DNA of 64,000 nt, from the IMG/VR virus record IMGVR_UViG_3300037067_011000, positions 1 to 64,000 of that record. One strand, written 5' to 3'. The notes beneath the pieces were generated by a model. The model saw only the letters and a program-made list of their open reading frames with translations, was not told the origin of the DNA and ran no database searches. Origin of the DNA: a virus. Taxonomy: Duplodnaviria > Caudoviricetes. Position numbers and translations under genes: made by a program. Below are positions 19,176-28,658 of this stretch, piece after piece. Numbering within the stretch: the first letter of the stretch is position 1; each line of letters starts with the position of its first letter.

Positions 19176-20195
19176 ATGAAAATTAACAAAACAGACTTAC
19201 AAAATGCTTTGGAGAGGGTTAAGCCAGGGTTGAGTAGTAAAGAAACTATTCAACAAAGTACCTCCTTCTGTTTTTTAGAAGGAAATGTAGTAACGTATAA
19301 TGACGAAATATCAATCGCTTCGCCTGTGGAAAATCTGAATATTACAGGTGCAGTACAAGCCACTGAACTCTATCAACTGCTCAAAAAGCTAAAGCAAGAG
19401 GAAATTTCTCTTGAAGTCAGCGAAAATGAGATACTGATAACTTCAGGAAAGACAAAAGCAGGTCTTATACTTCAAACGGAGATAAAGTTACCACTTTCCG
19501 AAGTGGAAAGGAAATCCGAGTGGAAAATCCTTCCAGAAGGATTTAAAGAGGCCTTACGCTTCGTTGTAAGTTCCTGTTCAAAGGATATGTCCAAACCTGT
19601 CCTTACCTGTGTCCACATTAATGCTGTGGGGTTTATAGAGGGTTGTGACAATTACAGGGTGGCACGTTGGATGTTAGAAGGGGAATTTCCGACAGGAACA
19701 TTTTTGATACCTCAAAGTAGTGTCTTGGAACTTCTGAAACTTGAACCTGTTAAGGTAGCACTTGATGGTGGGTGGGTACACTTTATAACAGAGGACAAAA
19801 CCATGATGAGTTGCAGGGTGATTGACGATAAATTTCCAGACACAAGTAAACTACTGAACCAAAGTGGAAATGAAGTAAGTTTGCCTGATGGAATTACAGA
19901 AGTGCTCGATAGAGCAGGGATTTTTGCGAAAAGGGACAGTCAGTTAGACGAGGATATTTCGATTATATTGGACAAGGGAAAAGTCAGGGTTGAAAGCAAA
20001 AGCGAAACAGGGTGGTTCAAGGAGGAGGTCCCCAATGAAATTTATAAAGGTGAGGAGGTTCAGTTTGATATTACTCCAAGTTTGCTGAAAGACATTCTGA
20101 AAGAAACTAATGTTTTCAGTCATTGTGGTAGGATGTTGAAGTTTGAAAGTGGAAATTGGAAATATGTTGTTAGTTTAAGAGGTGGAAAACAATGA
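19176..20195 (+). CDS. dnaN: DNA polymerase sliding clamp (beta-like)
   Basis: 339 aa; SKDMSKPVLTCVHI, EGCDNYRVA, CRVIDDKFPDTSKLL mirror the beta-clamp motifs. Confidence 0.78.
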   Translation: MKINKTDLQNALERVKPGLSSKETIQQSTSFCFLEGNVVTYNDEISIASPVENLNITGAVQATELYQLLKKLKQEEISLEVSENEILITSGKTKAGLILQTEIKLPLSEVERKSEWKILPEGFKEALRFVVSSCSKDMSKPVLTCVHINAVGFIEGCDNYRVARWMLEGEFPTGTFLIPQSSVLELLKLEPVKVALDGGWVHFITEDKTMMSCRVIDDKFPDTSKLLNQSGNEVSLPDGITEVLDRAGIFAKRDSQLDEDISIILDKGKVRVESKSETGWFKEEVPNEIYKGEEVQFDITPSLLKDILKETNVFSHCGRMLKFESGNWKYVVSLRGGKQ

Positions 20196-20812
20196 CACAG
20201 GAAGGGATCTTCTCAAAGACAGAGGTGCAATCTATCAACAGACCTGGTGGTAAAACATTGAGTTGCCATTCTTGCGGATTATATCAAAATTGTAACTCTC
20301 CTTGGATGAAAGTGCAGGGCACCGGCAAGAAGCATATTCTCAACGTGTTTGAGTACCCCCCCTTTGAGGATGATAAAGCAGGAAGAATGTTTCAGAGTAA
20401 ATCAGGCAGGCTTGTAACCAAAACTTTGAAATCCTTGGGTGTAGATATACTTGGGGACTGTTACAATATCCATGCTCTTTCTTGTTTTCCTGATAACAAA
20501 TATACGGCACATAGTGTTGATTGCTGCCGAAAATTTGTATTGAAAGCAATACAGGAACATCAACCTAAAGTGGTGTTACTATTTGGTAACTTACCTTTAC
20601 AGACGGTGATTGGACAAAGGTGGAAAAGGGATTTAGGAGGGATTAACAAGTGGAGAGGTTGGACGATTCCCGACCAGAATTTCCAGTGTTGGATTTGCCC
20701 TGTGTTTAGTCCTGAATATGTGGAAAGGAGTTTTGGGGAGTTTGACAAGATTACCGCAGAGAATACAGTTTGGGTAAATGATTTGAAACAGATAATAAAT
20801 TTAGTGGTATGA
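20192..20812 (+). CDS. Family-4 uracil-DNA-glycosylase-like protein (SPO1 polymerase N-terminal-domain type)
   Basis: CHSCGLYQNC and DCCRKF Fe-S ligands, IQEHQPKVVLLFGNLP, GINKWRG; the catalytic motifs are degenerate. Confidence 0.72.
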   Translation: MTQEGIFSKTEVQSINRPGGKTLSCHSCGLYQNCNSPWMKVQGTGKKHILNVFEYPPFEDDKAGRMFQSKSGRLVTKTLKSLGVDILGDCYNIHALSCFPDNKYTAHSVDCCRKFVLKAIQEHQPKVVLLFGNLPLQTVIGQRWKRDLGGINKWRGWTIPDQNFQCWICPVFSPEYVERSFGEFDKITAENTVWVNDLKQIINLVV

Positions 20813-23367
20813 TAAAACTTCTTCTTGGTGATAGTGCAGACATTTTAAAGACTTTGGAAGATAATTCTGTTGATTCTGTTGTAAGCGATCCCCCAGCGGG
20901 CATCGCCTTCATGGGGCGTTCGTGGGATTCAGATAAAGGTGGTAGAGATTTATGGATAAAATGGCTTAGTGGTATTTTTGTTGAAGTAAAAAGAGTTTTA
21001 AAGCCTGGAGGTCATTGTTTAGTTTGGGCATTGCCCAGAACCTCACATTGGACAGGAGTGGCATTGGAAGATGTGGGGTTTGAGGTGAGGGATTGTGTGT
21101 ATCATGTTTTCGGGTGTTTGTCGGAAGATACAGAAATATTAACAATTAATGGGTGGGAACATTACCATAAAAATATTTGTTTATATCCCGTATTGTGTTA
21201 CCTTTGTGAAGAAAATAGATTTGAATTTCACAAACCAACAAAAAAATACTTCTATGAAAACAAATATCCCGCTTACAGAATACAATCAGATCATACAGAT
21301 CAAATCGTCTCCAGAAATCATCGTGTCCTTGTTGAACGAAGCGGAAGAAAGGAATTTGTTTTTGCCGAAACATTGGAACAGCAAGAGAACATACCCTTTT
21401 TGGAAAGTCTGTCAGATTTGCCAGAAACCCTTTCCAACATACACGAAGGAAAAAGCATTACGAAACAAGACTTGTTCTATCGTATGCAGAGGCATACAAA
21501 TATCCAAAGCAAAAAAAGGAGTTTCTCATGGAAGAACAGCACCTTGGATAAAAGAACCTTGTGCACATTGTGGAAAAATAGTGGAAATGAGGAAGAAACA
21601 ACGCAAGTACAGCAAAAAGGTATATTGCAGTTATTCTTGTCGTGCAAAAGAACACTCCAAACACTTACTTCTTTTTTGTTCAAATGGCAAAGGGAAGAAA
21701 AATCCCAAAAAGGGCATGAAATTAGAGAAAAATCCTGCATGGAAAGGTGGTGTAACATATTTCAAAACACATGGGAATTATGTTGGGGTAAAATATGTCA
21801 GATGTCCAATAGAGTATTTATCTATGGCACGAAAAGATGGGTATGTTATGGAACACCGTCTTATTGTAGCCATGCAGCTTCAACGTCCTTTACTTCGGAC
21901 GGAAACAGTTCATCACATAGATCACAACCCAACGAACAACGATCCTTTAAATCTGATGTTATTCAAAACAAATCAGGAACACAAACTGTACGAGGGACAA
22001 CAGCGACAGTTACAGAAATAGAATATAAAGGAAATGTGTGGTGTGTAGAAGTTCCCACAGGAGCTTTTGTTGCTCGAAGAAATGGAAAAATATTTATTAC
22101 AGGTAATTCTGGCTTTCCGAAAAGTATGAACATTGGGAAAGCTGTGGATGCAATAGGTGGACAATCTTTATCTTGGTTTATAGATTATATTTTAGAAGTT
22201 GCTGATGAAAAAGGTATAAGTAGAAAGGAATTAACAATGTTATTTCCAAGTAAAAATGGAAATCCTACGGGGTGGTTATGGAATAAACAAAAGACACAAG
22301 GGATAACTATTGATCAATTTAATAAAATAAAAACCTTTTTAAATTTACCATTTGAAAATATAGAAGAAACTAAACGAGAAGTTATAGGAAAAGGAAAAGC
22401 AGGTTTAACAGCAGGGAGTATTGCTAACTTTGCAGGGGAAAAAGAATTTGATTTGACCAAAGGCACTTCTGTATTTGAAGGTTGGGGTACAGCACTTAAA
22501 CCTGCTGTTGAATGTTGGTGGTTGGTAAGGAAACCCATAAGTGAAAATACAATAGCAGAAAACGTGTTAAAACATGGTACAGGGGGGTTGAATATTGAAA
22601 TGTGCAGAATCCCTTTACAAGAAACAGGGGAAGATTCTCGTTTAGGAGGGAAGGGTACATGGTCAACTGAAAATGCAGGTTGGGTTGTAAGTGGGTCAAA
22701 AAGAGAAAGGGTTAGTTCATCAGAAAAAGGCAGATTTCCAAGTAATCTTATTCATGATGGTTCAGAAGAAGTCCTTTCATATTTCCCAAATGCAGGGGGT
22801 CAGCAAGGGGATCTTACAAATCATACAAGGGTTATAAAATCTCCAAATGGGATTTGTGGAACACAAACCCCACGTTTTGATGCAATAGCAAGAGAAGAAA
22901 ATGATAAATCAGCAGCAAGATTTTTCTATTGTTCTAAGCCTTCTCCAAGTGAACGTCAGTTTGGTTGTGGTGAAATAGAAGAAAAGTTTGACAGTCCACG
23001 TCCTTGGTGTACAGAAGAAAGTGACAGAGGTAGAATTGCAACAAGAATGGTTTCCCGTACAGGGAAGAACAACCATCCTACGGTAAAATCCATAAAATTA
23101 ATGAGTTACCTCTGTAAATTGATCACTCCCAAAGGCGGGATTATCTTAGATCCTTTCATGGGGAGTGGTAGTACAGGAATTGCTGCAAAAATAAATTCTT
23201 TTAGTTTTATTGGAATTGAGAAAGAAGAACCTTATTTGAAAATTGCAGAAGCAAGAATAAAAGCCCACACAGTTGGAAAAGTAACTGTGCCTAAAGTAAA
23301 AAAGGAAAAAGTGTTAAAAGTAGAATCAAGTAGTGAAACTGTTCAAAATACTTTATTTGAATTATGA
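20809..23367 (+). CDS. N6-adenine/N4-cytosine DNA methyltransferase (beta class) containing an intein
   Basis: DSVVSDPP (motif IV), RVLKPGG, HPTVKSIKLMSYL, ILDPFMGSGSTG (motif I); splicing restores VFG-SGFPKS. Confidence 0.9.
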   Translation: MIKLLLGDSADILKTLEDNSVDSVVSDPPAGIAFMGRSWDSDKGGRDLWIKWLSGIFVEVKRVLKPGGHCLVWALPRTSHWTGVALEDVGFEVRDCVYHVFGCLSEDTEILTINGWEHYHKNICLYPVLCYLCEENRFEFHKPTKKYFYENKYPAYRIQSDHTDQIVSRNHRVLVERSGRKEFVFAETLEQQENIPFLESLSDLPETLSNIHEGKSITKQDLFYRMQRHTNIQSKKRSFSWKNSTLDKRTLCTLWKNSGNEEETTQVQQKGILQLFLSCKRTLQTLTSFLFKWQREEKSQKGHEIREKSCMERWCNIFQNTWELCWGKICQMSNRVFIYGTKRWVCYGTPSYCSHAASTSFTSDGNSSSHRSQPNEQRSFKSDVIQNKSGTQTVRGTTATVTEIEYKGNVWCVEVPTGAFVARRNGKIFITGNSGFPKSMNIGKAVDAIGGQSLSWFIDYILEVADEKGISRKELTMLFPSKNGNPTGWLWNKQKTQGITIDQFNKIKTFLNLPFENIEETKREVIGKGKAGLTAGSIANFAGEKEFDLTKGTSVFEGWGTALKPAVECWWLVRKPISENTIAENVLKHGTGGLNIEMCRIPLQETGEDSRLGGKGTWSTENAGWVVSGSKRERVSSSEKGRFPSNLIHDGSEEVLSYFPNAGGQQGDLTNHTRVIKSPNGICGTQTPRFDAIAREENDKSAARFFYCSKPSPSERQFGCGEIEEKFDSPRPWCTEESDRGRIATRMVSRTGKNNHPTVKSIKLMSYLCKLITPKGGIILDPFMGSGSTGIAAKINSFSFIGIEKEEPYLKIAEARIKAHTVGKVTVPKVKKEKVLKVESSSETVQNTLFEL
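21115..22107 (+). mobile_element. Intein, 331 aa
   Basis: Block A CLSEDTEILTINGW, block B IVSRNHRVLV, block F EIEYKGNVWCVEVPTGAFVARRNG, terminal GN followed by Ser+1. Confidence 0.92.
21254..22021 (+). CDS. HNH homing endonuclease nested in the +1 frame of the intein
   Basis: CQIC, CSIVC, CAHC, CSYSC, NPAWKGG, GYVMEHRL...ETVHHIDHNPTNNDPLNL. The ORF is open from 21149; ATGAAAACA at 21254 matches this phage's usual start context. Confidence 0.82.
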   Translation: MKTNIPLTEYNQIIQIKSSPEIIVSLLNEAEERNLFLPKHWNSKRTYPFWKVCQICQKPFPTYTKEKALRNKTCSIVCRGIQISKAKKGVSHGRTAPWIKEPCAHCGKIVEMRKKQRKYSKKVYCSYSCRAKEHSKHLLLFCSNGKGKKNPKKGMKLEKNPAWKGGVTYFKTHGNYVGVKYVRCPIEYLSMARKDGYVMEHRLIVAMQLQRPLLRTETVHHIDHNPTNNDPLNLMLFKTNQEHKLYEGQQRQLQK

Positions 23368-23714
23368 AAATAGTTTACATAGCACACCCTGTTTCGGGAG
23401 ACATTACAGGAAATCTGAAAAAGATACAAAGTATCATTCGTCAAATTAATCTTTACTACCCTGACATTTTACCTTTTGCACATTATGTAGTGGATTGTTA
23501 TTCTTTGGATGATGACAATCCTATTGAAAGATTAAGAGGTATAAAAAATGATATAGCTTTGTTAAAAGCAGGTTTCGTAAATGAAATGTGGTTGTATGGA
23601 AATAAGATAAGCGAGGGAATGAAAGCTGAAATTAAATTAGCAAAAGAACTTGGTATTCTTGTTTGTCCAAAAACAACAGAAACTATGGAAGAATATATAA
23701 AATATAATCTATGA
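23364..23714 (+). CDS. Nucleoside 2-deoxyribosyltransferase-like fold protein (DUF4406-like)
   Basis: KIVYIAHPVSGD...EMWLYGNKISEGMKAEIKLAKELGI. Confidence 0.65.
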   Translation: MKIVYIAHPVSGDITGNLKKIQSIIRQINLYYPDILPFAHYVVDCYSLDDDNPIERLRGIKNDIALLKAGFVNEMWLYGNKISEGMKAEIKLAKELGILVCPKTTETMEEYIKYNL

Positions 23715-24298
23715 GAGAGTTTCCCATATACAAAGAATCTTCCATTGAAGTCATAGAAGACTTAGAAATTCTAAGGACAATAACTGAACCATTTGCATGG
23801 GACATAGAAACAAATTCTATTAAAAGCCATTCACAGGAAAGTAAGATAATATCAGTTGCTATTTGTGATAGTGAAGAAAGGGTTTTTGTTTTTATGATGC
23901 CTCAGAAGAGAAGTTTGAGGCTTCCACTTGTGGAATTATTAACAAACCCCAACATAGGTAAATATGCACACAATTTAAAATTTGAACATTCTTGGGTTGA
24001 AAGCAAGTTGGGTATAGTTGTTCGGGGATGGCAATTGGATACAATGTTAATGTGTCATTGTGAAGATAATCGTTCAGGGATAACTTCATTAAAATTTCAG
24101 ACATTTGTAAATTTTGGGGTGTTTGATTACAGTTCGGAAATTGAACCTTATTTAAAAGCAAAGGAAGAAAAAAACGCAAATTCTATAAATCATATTGAAG
24201 AATTAATTTCAACAGAATCGGGTAAAGCAAAACTATTAAAATATAATGCACTTGATGCTTTTTTTACTTATAAGTTAGCTAAAAAACAAATGTCATGA
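23711..24298 (+). CDS. Stand-alone 3'-5' exonuclease domain of a family A DNA polymerase
   Basis: ExoI AWDIETN, ExoII AHNLKFE, LDTML, ExoIII YNALDA. Confidence 0.88.
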   Translation: MREFPIYKESSIEVIEDLEILRTITEPFAWDIETNSIKSHSQESKIISVAICDSEERVFVFMMPQKRSLRLPLVELLTNPNIGKYAHNLKFEHSWVESKLGIVVRGWQLDTMLMCHCEDNRSGITSLKFQTFVNFGVFDYSSEIEPYLKAKEEKNANSINHIEELISTESGKAKLLKYNALDAFFTYKLAKKQMS

Positions 24299-24848
24299 AA
24301 AAAGGAAAAAGGAAATCACGAGTAGGGGATCTGAATAGTAATTGGAAGGGTGGTATGACAATTGAACCAAGTGGACGAGTTTTAATTCGTGTAAATCAAA
24401 AATCTGTGTATAGGTACAGATTAGTAATGGAAGAACAATTAGGAAGAAAACTAAAAAGAGTGAAATTGTACATCATATCAATAGTGTTGTTGATGATGAC
24501 AGACCTGAAAATTTACAAGTATTGTTCCAAAGTGAACATGCAAGAATACATGGTTTAAATTGTTCTGATGAATCAAGACAAAAAAGAAAAAGATTAGGGG
24601 AAGACAATCATTGGTTTGGAAAACATCATAAACCTGAAACTATTGAAATATTTAAAGAAATAGCAAGAAATAGGGAACCTACAAGAACAGGAGCAGTATT
24701 AACAAGGGATACATGTAATAAAATATCAGAATCTCTCAAAGCATTTTATCAAACAAAAGAAGGAGAATTAGCAAAAAAGAATATCAGCAAAGTTCATAAA
24801 GGTAAAAACTTCAATGAAAATCAACAACCTACACTTGGATTATTATGA
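24295..24848 (+). pseudogene. HNH endonuclease with NUMOD3-like repeats, frameshifted at the A5 run 24453-24457
   Basis: NSNWKGG...YRLVMEEQLGRKLK continues in the other frame as SEIVHHINSVVDDDRPENLQVL...GEDNHWFGKHHKPET. Confidence 0.7.
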
Positions 24849-25459
24849 CCCTAAAATCAAAAGTAACACCAGTTGAGGATTGGCAGAAAGCTGTCAAGGA
24901 ACACATTGATAAACTTGATGAAGATGAAAAAAGAGAGTTTGCACATAAAGTGATTTATGAAATTGCACTTTGGACAGGATATAATGGATATGAGATGATA
25001 GGTTTGTTGGAGTGTGTGAAAATAGATTTGTTGAACGATTTAAATTATATTGAGGACGAAGAAGATGAATAAAATTATAATTGACAACAGAAGTGATTTA
25101 TTTGCTGATGAAGCCTTTGAATTAGTTTTGAGAGTTATTAAACGAGGTAGAATATCAAATAATAATACTCAATATTGTTATTTAACTGTATTTACAATTG
25201 ATCCATGTAAATATCAAGTTAGTACTGATTTGAATAAATGTTCTGACAGATTTGTAATTGTTAAAGAACCAAAATGATGAATAAAAATGATAAGGGGAAA
25301 TTCTTGGCTGCTATACAAACAGCAAGGAGTTTACATTTTATAGATTTTGTAATTTGGGATGTGTTTAAGTCATATAAAAGCAAGAAGTTTATGGAATGTA
25401 TTAAAAATGGTATGCATTGGGAAGCAGCATTTCAAACAGCAAAGAAAGTAAAAAGATGA
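24845..25459 (+). other. Three small hypothetical ORFs between the exonuclease and polymerase genes (24845-25072, 25065-25277, 25274-25459)
   Basis: Chained overlaps; no recognisable motifs. Confidence 0.55.
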
Positions 25460-26832
25460 TATATAATCCCCATACAAAAGATGCATATGACTTGCTGCAT
25501 GCAGGAACTTTAGCCTTACAAAGAGCAGAAAGTCAAGGATTTAGAATTGACGTGCCATATTGTGAACGTAAAATCCATCAACTTGAACGGAAGATGACAT
25601 CCTTGGAAGAAGAATTTAAGGAAACTACATTCTTTCGTCATTGGGAACATTCCACAAGTGGAAAAGTCAATATCAATTCTCCTACACAACTTTCCAACTA
25701 TCTCTACAATATCAAAAAGCTGAAACCTACAAAACTTACCGAAACCGGTAAAGGTTCTACTGACGAAGAGGCTTTGGATGCTTTGAATATTCCTGAACTG
25801 AAAGCCTTGGCACAAAAGGGGAAGTTGAAGAAGTGTAAGGATGTGCTTCATGGTTTCTTGACGGAACAGGTAGATGGGGTGCTTCACCCAAGTTACAATT
25901 TGTATTTGGTGGTTAGCTATAGGTCAAGTTCCAACAATCCTAACATGCAAAACGCCCCCAAGAGAGACCCTGAGGCAATGAAAATTGTTCGTACAGCAAT
26001 CATTCCCCCAGAGGGTTATCAGTTTATGGAAGTAGACTTCAAGGGTATCGAGGTAGCCATAAATTGTGCATACAATAAGGATACAAACCTTGTTAAATAT
26101 GTTTCTGACCCTACTACGGATATGCATAGGGACATGGCGATACAAATATTTAAACTCGATGATTATGACAAGTCTATTCATAAAGGTTTAAGATATACAG
26201 CAAAGAATGGTTTTGTGTTTCCACAATTCTACGGTGATTATTACAAGAATTGTGCAAACAATATGGCTTGTACACAGTGGCAGCTCCCACAGGGAAAATG
26301 GAAAGCAGGACAAGGGTTAAAGTTTGGGGATACTCATTTATCTGATCATTTAATAAGTAAAGGGATAAAGTCGTTTGACAATTTTGTAGATCATATCAAA
26401 GAGATTGAAGATGACTTTTGGGGAAACAGGTTTCAGGAGTATGGTGAATGGAAGGATATGTGGTGGAAAACCTATCGCAAGTACGGGTATTTTACAATGC
26501 TTACGGGGTTTCAGTGTTCAGGAGTGATGAACAAGAAAGAAGTTTGCAATTATCCAGGACAGGGGTCAGCATTTCATTGTTTACTAAAAACTTTCATTGA
26601 TACAGATGCTATGATTATTAAAGAAAAACTAAGTTCACGTTTAATTGGGCAAATTCATGATTCGGAAATTTTGACAGTTTTGCCCGATGAGTGTGCTTTT
26701 TTAAAGGAGAGAATTAACAAGATAGCAACAGAGGATCTTCCTAATGCTTGGAAATGGATTAATGTACCACTTGCTGTGGATTTTTCAATTGGGAGTGTAG
26801 ATCAACCTTGGTCAGAAAAAATTGAGGAATAG
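25456..26832 (+). CDS. polA: Family A DNA polymerase, polymerase domain only (SPO1-like)
   Basis: NPNMQNAPKRD, motif A EVDFKGIE, motif B RYTAKNGFVFPQFYG, NYPGQGSA, motif C QIHDS. Start taken at the ATGA overlap, 25456. Confidence 0.92.
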   Translation: MIYNPHTKDAYDLLHAGTLALQRAESQGFRIDVPYCERKIHQLERKMTSLEEEFKETTFFRHWEHSTSGKVNINSPTQLSNYLYNIKKLKPTKLTETGKGSTDEEALDALNIPELKALAQKGKLKKCKDVLHGFLTEQVDGVLHPSYNLYLVVSYRSSSNNPNMQNAPKRDPEAMKIVRTAIIPPEGYQFMEVDFKGIEVAINCAYNKDTNLVKYVSDPTTDMHRDMAIQIFKLDDYDKSIHKGLRYTAKNGFVFPQFYGDYYKNCANNMACTQWQLPQGKWKAGQGLKFGDTHLSDHLISKGIKSFDNFVDHIKEIEDDFWGNRFQEYGEWKDMWWKTYRKYGYFTMLTGFQCSGVMNKKEVCNYPGQGSAFHCLLKTFIDTDAMIIKEKLSSRLIGQIHDSEILTVLPDECAFLKERINKIATEDLPNAWKWINVPLAVDFSIGSVDQPWSEKIEE

Positions 26833-27316
26833 TTGAAAGATATTTCAGTTTTTACTATCTTAATTGGAAAATTAATTGTATAATGTACTATGAAAGCAAA
26901 AGCAAAAGCAAAAGAATCTATCATAGGTAAACCTGAAAAGATAATCAGGAAATATGGTTACGAGTATCATCTTGTCGAAAGTGATGACAGGGATAGTTAT
27001 AAATTACCAAATGCTTGTGCTTTTGGGTATGTAGGTTGGGCATTAAAATCTGTAAATAAAATAAAAGAGGGATGAATGTTGTTATAAATCAGATTAAAGA
27101 AGAAAAAATAGATGTTACAACATCGGATTTTCCTGGCATATCACAAGGATTGAGGGATTATTTAATAACAGGATGGAAAATAATGTTTACTATATATTTA
27201 CCAACTTTTATATTACAAGGGGAATGTTGGAGAACGCATGATAAACACAAAACAATTGTAATTTTAGAAAAAGAAATTCTTGATAAAATAACAAATGAAT
27301 TAAAAGCAGATTTGAA

Positions 27317-28228
27317 ATGAGTCTTTATTTAAAATACCGTCCTACGGAACTTTCCGAAATTAAAGGTAACACAGACATTGTTGCTTCACTGGAAAAGATG
27401 CTTTCAAACAAAGATACTTTTCCCCACTCAATTTTGCTACATGGTGGTACAGGTCTTGGGAAGACGAGTCTTGCACGAATCATTGCTTCACGTTTAGGGT
27501 GTGTAGGAAACGATTTAAAGGAGTTAAATGCTTCTGATGTGAATGGGGTTGATACAGTAAGAGAAATCATTAAAAACAGTCAATTTGCCCCTATGGAGGG
27601 TAATTGTAGAGTGTGGATAATGGATGAAGTGGGAAAATTAACCTCAAGTGCTATGAATGCTTTCCTCAAAATCCTTGAAGACACCCCAAAAAATGTTTAC
27701 TTTATATTATGTACAACTGATCCTGAAAAACTCCTTACTACAATAAAGGGAAGATGTCAACAGTTTCAGGTGAAACCCCTGACAGATTCCCAAATGTTTT
27801 CTTTGCTTAGAAGGATTGTAAGAGAAGAAGGGGAAACTTTGGAACAAGAGGTTTATGATCAAATCATCCAAGACAGTTTGTGCCATCCCCGCAATGCTTT
27901 GCAGATACTTGAACAAGTATTGAGTGTTGCTCCTGAACGTCGGTTGGAGATGACAAAGCAAACAGCAGAAATTCAGAGTCAGGCAATTGAACTTTGTCGT
28001 GCTTTGATAAAACATGAGAAGTGGAGTTCGGTAAGTAAGATTCTTACAGGGTTGAAAGGACAAGAAGAAGAAACTATTCGGAGAATTGTTTTAGGGTACT
28101 GTCAAGCAATACTTTTGAAAGAGGACAATACCTGTGCAGGTTTGATAATGGAAGAAATGTTTGAACCCTTGTATAATGTGGGGTTCCCAGGTTTGGTTTA
28201 TAAATGCTATACTATAACTAAAAATTAA
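27317..28228 (+). CDS. dnaX: Clamp loader, DNA polymerase III gamma/tau-like
   Basis: LYLKYRP, LLHGGTGLGKTSLAR, IMDEV, AFLKILED, FILCTT, TIKGRC. Confidence 0.88.
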   Translation: MSLYLKYRPTELSEIKGNTDIVASLEKMLSNKDTFPHSILLHGGTGLGKTSLARIIASRLGCVGNDLKELNASDVNGVDTVREIIKNSQFAPMEGNCRVWIMDEVGKLTSSAMNAFLKILEDTPKNVYFILCTTDPEKLLTTIKGRCQQFQVKPLTDSQMFSLLRRIVREEGETLEQEVYDQIIQDSLCHPRNALQILEQVLSVAPERRLEMTKQTAEIQSQAIELCRALIKHEKWSSVSKILTGLKGQEEETIRRIVLGYCQAILLKEDNTCAGLIMEEMFEPLYNVGFPGLVYKCYTITKN

Positions 28229-28451
28229 GTTGATATGAAACTTTATGAATTTATGAATAAAAGTAGTGTTGAATACATATTTGTTATAGCAAAGAACACA
28301 AAAAGAGCAATTAAATTGGCAAATAAAAATTCAGATTGTGTTGATCCTGATTATGATGAGTATGATATTATAAGTGATGATTTAGAAGTTGATATGTCAA
28401 ATAAAGAGGGTGTATATGAAAAAATTATTAGATAACTAAAAATTAAATATC

Positions 28452-28658
28452 ATGGAAAAATTATTATTGATTTTAGGTGCTATTATGTTAGTGCTGCTTG
28501 TTGCTTTTTTATTAACATTACCTGTAATGTGGTTATGGAATTGGTTGATGCCCCTTATTTTTGGTTTGATAAAAATAAATTTTTGGCAAGCATTAGGAAT
28601 AAATATTCTTTGTGGGTTTTTATTTAAAACATCTATTCCAAGTTCTTCAAATAAATGA
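28452..28658 (+). CDS. Small membrane protein
   Basis: Hydrophobic; VMWLWNWLMPLIFGLIKINFWQALGINIL pattern recurrent in phages. Confidence 0.55.
   Translation: MEKLLLILGAIMLVLLVAFLLTLPVMWLWNWLMPLIFGLIKINFWQALGINILCGFLFKTSIPSSSNK

Noticed and set aside
24298-25456. Group I intron separating the exonuclease and polymerase domains
   Set aside because: The interval is fully occupied by chained ORFs, no P/Q/R/S-like conserved elements were recognised, and the polymerase has its own coupled ATG.
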